A DNA stretch of 64,000 bases from Eledone cirrhosa (lineage: Eukaryota): the NCBI GenBank assembly GCA_964016885.1, contig OZ024740.1, positions 50,964,001-51,028,000 on the forward strand. The letters run 5' to 3'. Position 1 is the stretch's first letter, and each line of letters starts with the position of its first letter. The position numbers and the translations under genes were made by a program. The notes beneath the pieces are model-generated. The model was not told the origin of the DNA and searched no databases. It was given only the letters and a program-made list of their open reading frames with translations. Below, in pieces: positions 63,498-64,000 of this stretch.

Positions 63498-63626
63498 AGT
63501 TAGTTCCACAACAGTTAATTAACCATTGCCAAGGACAATTTGTTTCACCTTAACGGATCTTCGGCTCAGCGGAATGGTTTTCATCTGGATGTAAACCATG
63601 GTAAATTAACTGTTGTGGAACTAACT
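63498..63626. mobile_element. Small inverted-repeat element (29-bp arms)
   Basis: agttagttccacaacagttaattaaccat / atggtaaattaactgttgtggaactaact (1 mismatch). Confidence 0.7.
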
Positions 63627-63759
63627 ATGTATAGGTATATATATATATTTAGTAATCATTTATATGTGTGTATATATCTATTATCTGTAGAGTAGAATAA
63701 CATTTTATTAGACATTGTCAAAAAGAGAAAACTAGAATATTCTGGACACTTAACTAGAA

Positions 63760-64000
63760 ATATATGGTTGGCTGTGCTGAGTCTGTGGTGAAACCTGCGC
63801 TTTTCATCAGCTAGCCTTGACTTAACAATCTCCCTGCTTCTCTTTGCCAGACACTTTACCAGGGAGGCTTAACAAGGAAATCCCTCTGTAATTGGAGCAA
63901 TATCCCTTGTCTGATCATCATCGTCATCTTTTTGAAAATTGGGATTATCACTCCCAATTGCCATTGTTTAGATGCCTTTCCAGAGATCCAGGCCGCCCAG
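63760..64000 (-). mobile_element. Degraded Rex3/Expander-like RTE RT fragment
   Basis: AWISGKASKQWQLGVIIPIFKK...CSNYRGISLLSLPGKV...REIVKSRL. Confidence 0.7.

Overview
AT-rich, microsatellite-laden animal genomic DNA; the SINE/LINE repertoire looks like an octopus or other coleoid cephalopod (inference, not verified). One host gene is well supported: the 3' part of a PDZ-LIM (ALP/Enigma/Zasp-family) gene on the minus strand. Its exons 60024-59898, 57837-57752 and 51973-51877 splice in frame into a complete LIM domain. A probable terminal exon starts at 43033, and both the spliced and unspliced ends encode the same ...VYR* C-terminus. A candidate 74-aa single-pass microprotein ORF lies at 2562-2786. 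Most of the rest is retrotransposon-derived: PHD-finger RTE LINEs (one 5'-truncated but uninterrupted ORF), a BovB-like RTE with three C-terminal zinc fingers plus its internally deleted derivatives, CR1, R4/Dong-like, CRE-like, Rex3/Expander-like and Penelope remnants (with decayed hammerhead motifs), several tRNA-SINE families and MITEs. There are two large tandem arrays: a 42-bp array amplified from a SINE tail (7465-10106) and a 36-bp GGT-rich minisatellite (about 43535-50010) in the last intron. A templated A-B-A'...B' duplication lies at 13648-17173. I see no prokaryotic-type system, CRISPR array, rRNA or true tRNA. Coordinates were counted by hand; repeat boundaries are approximate.
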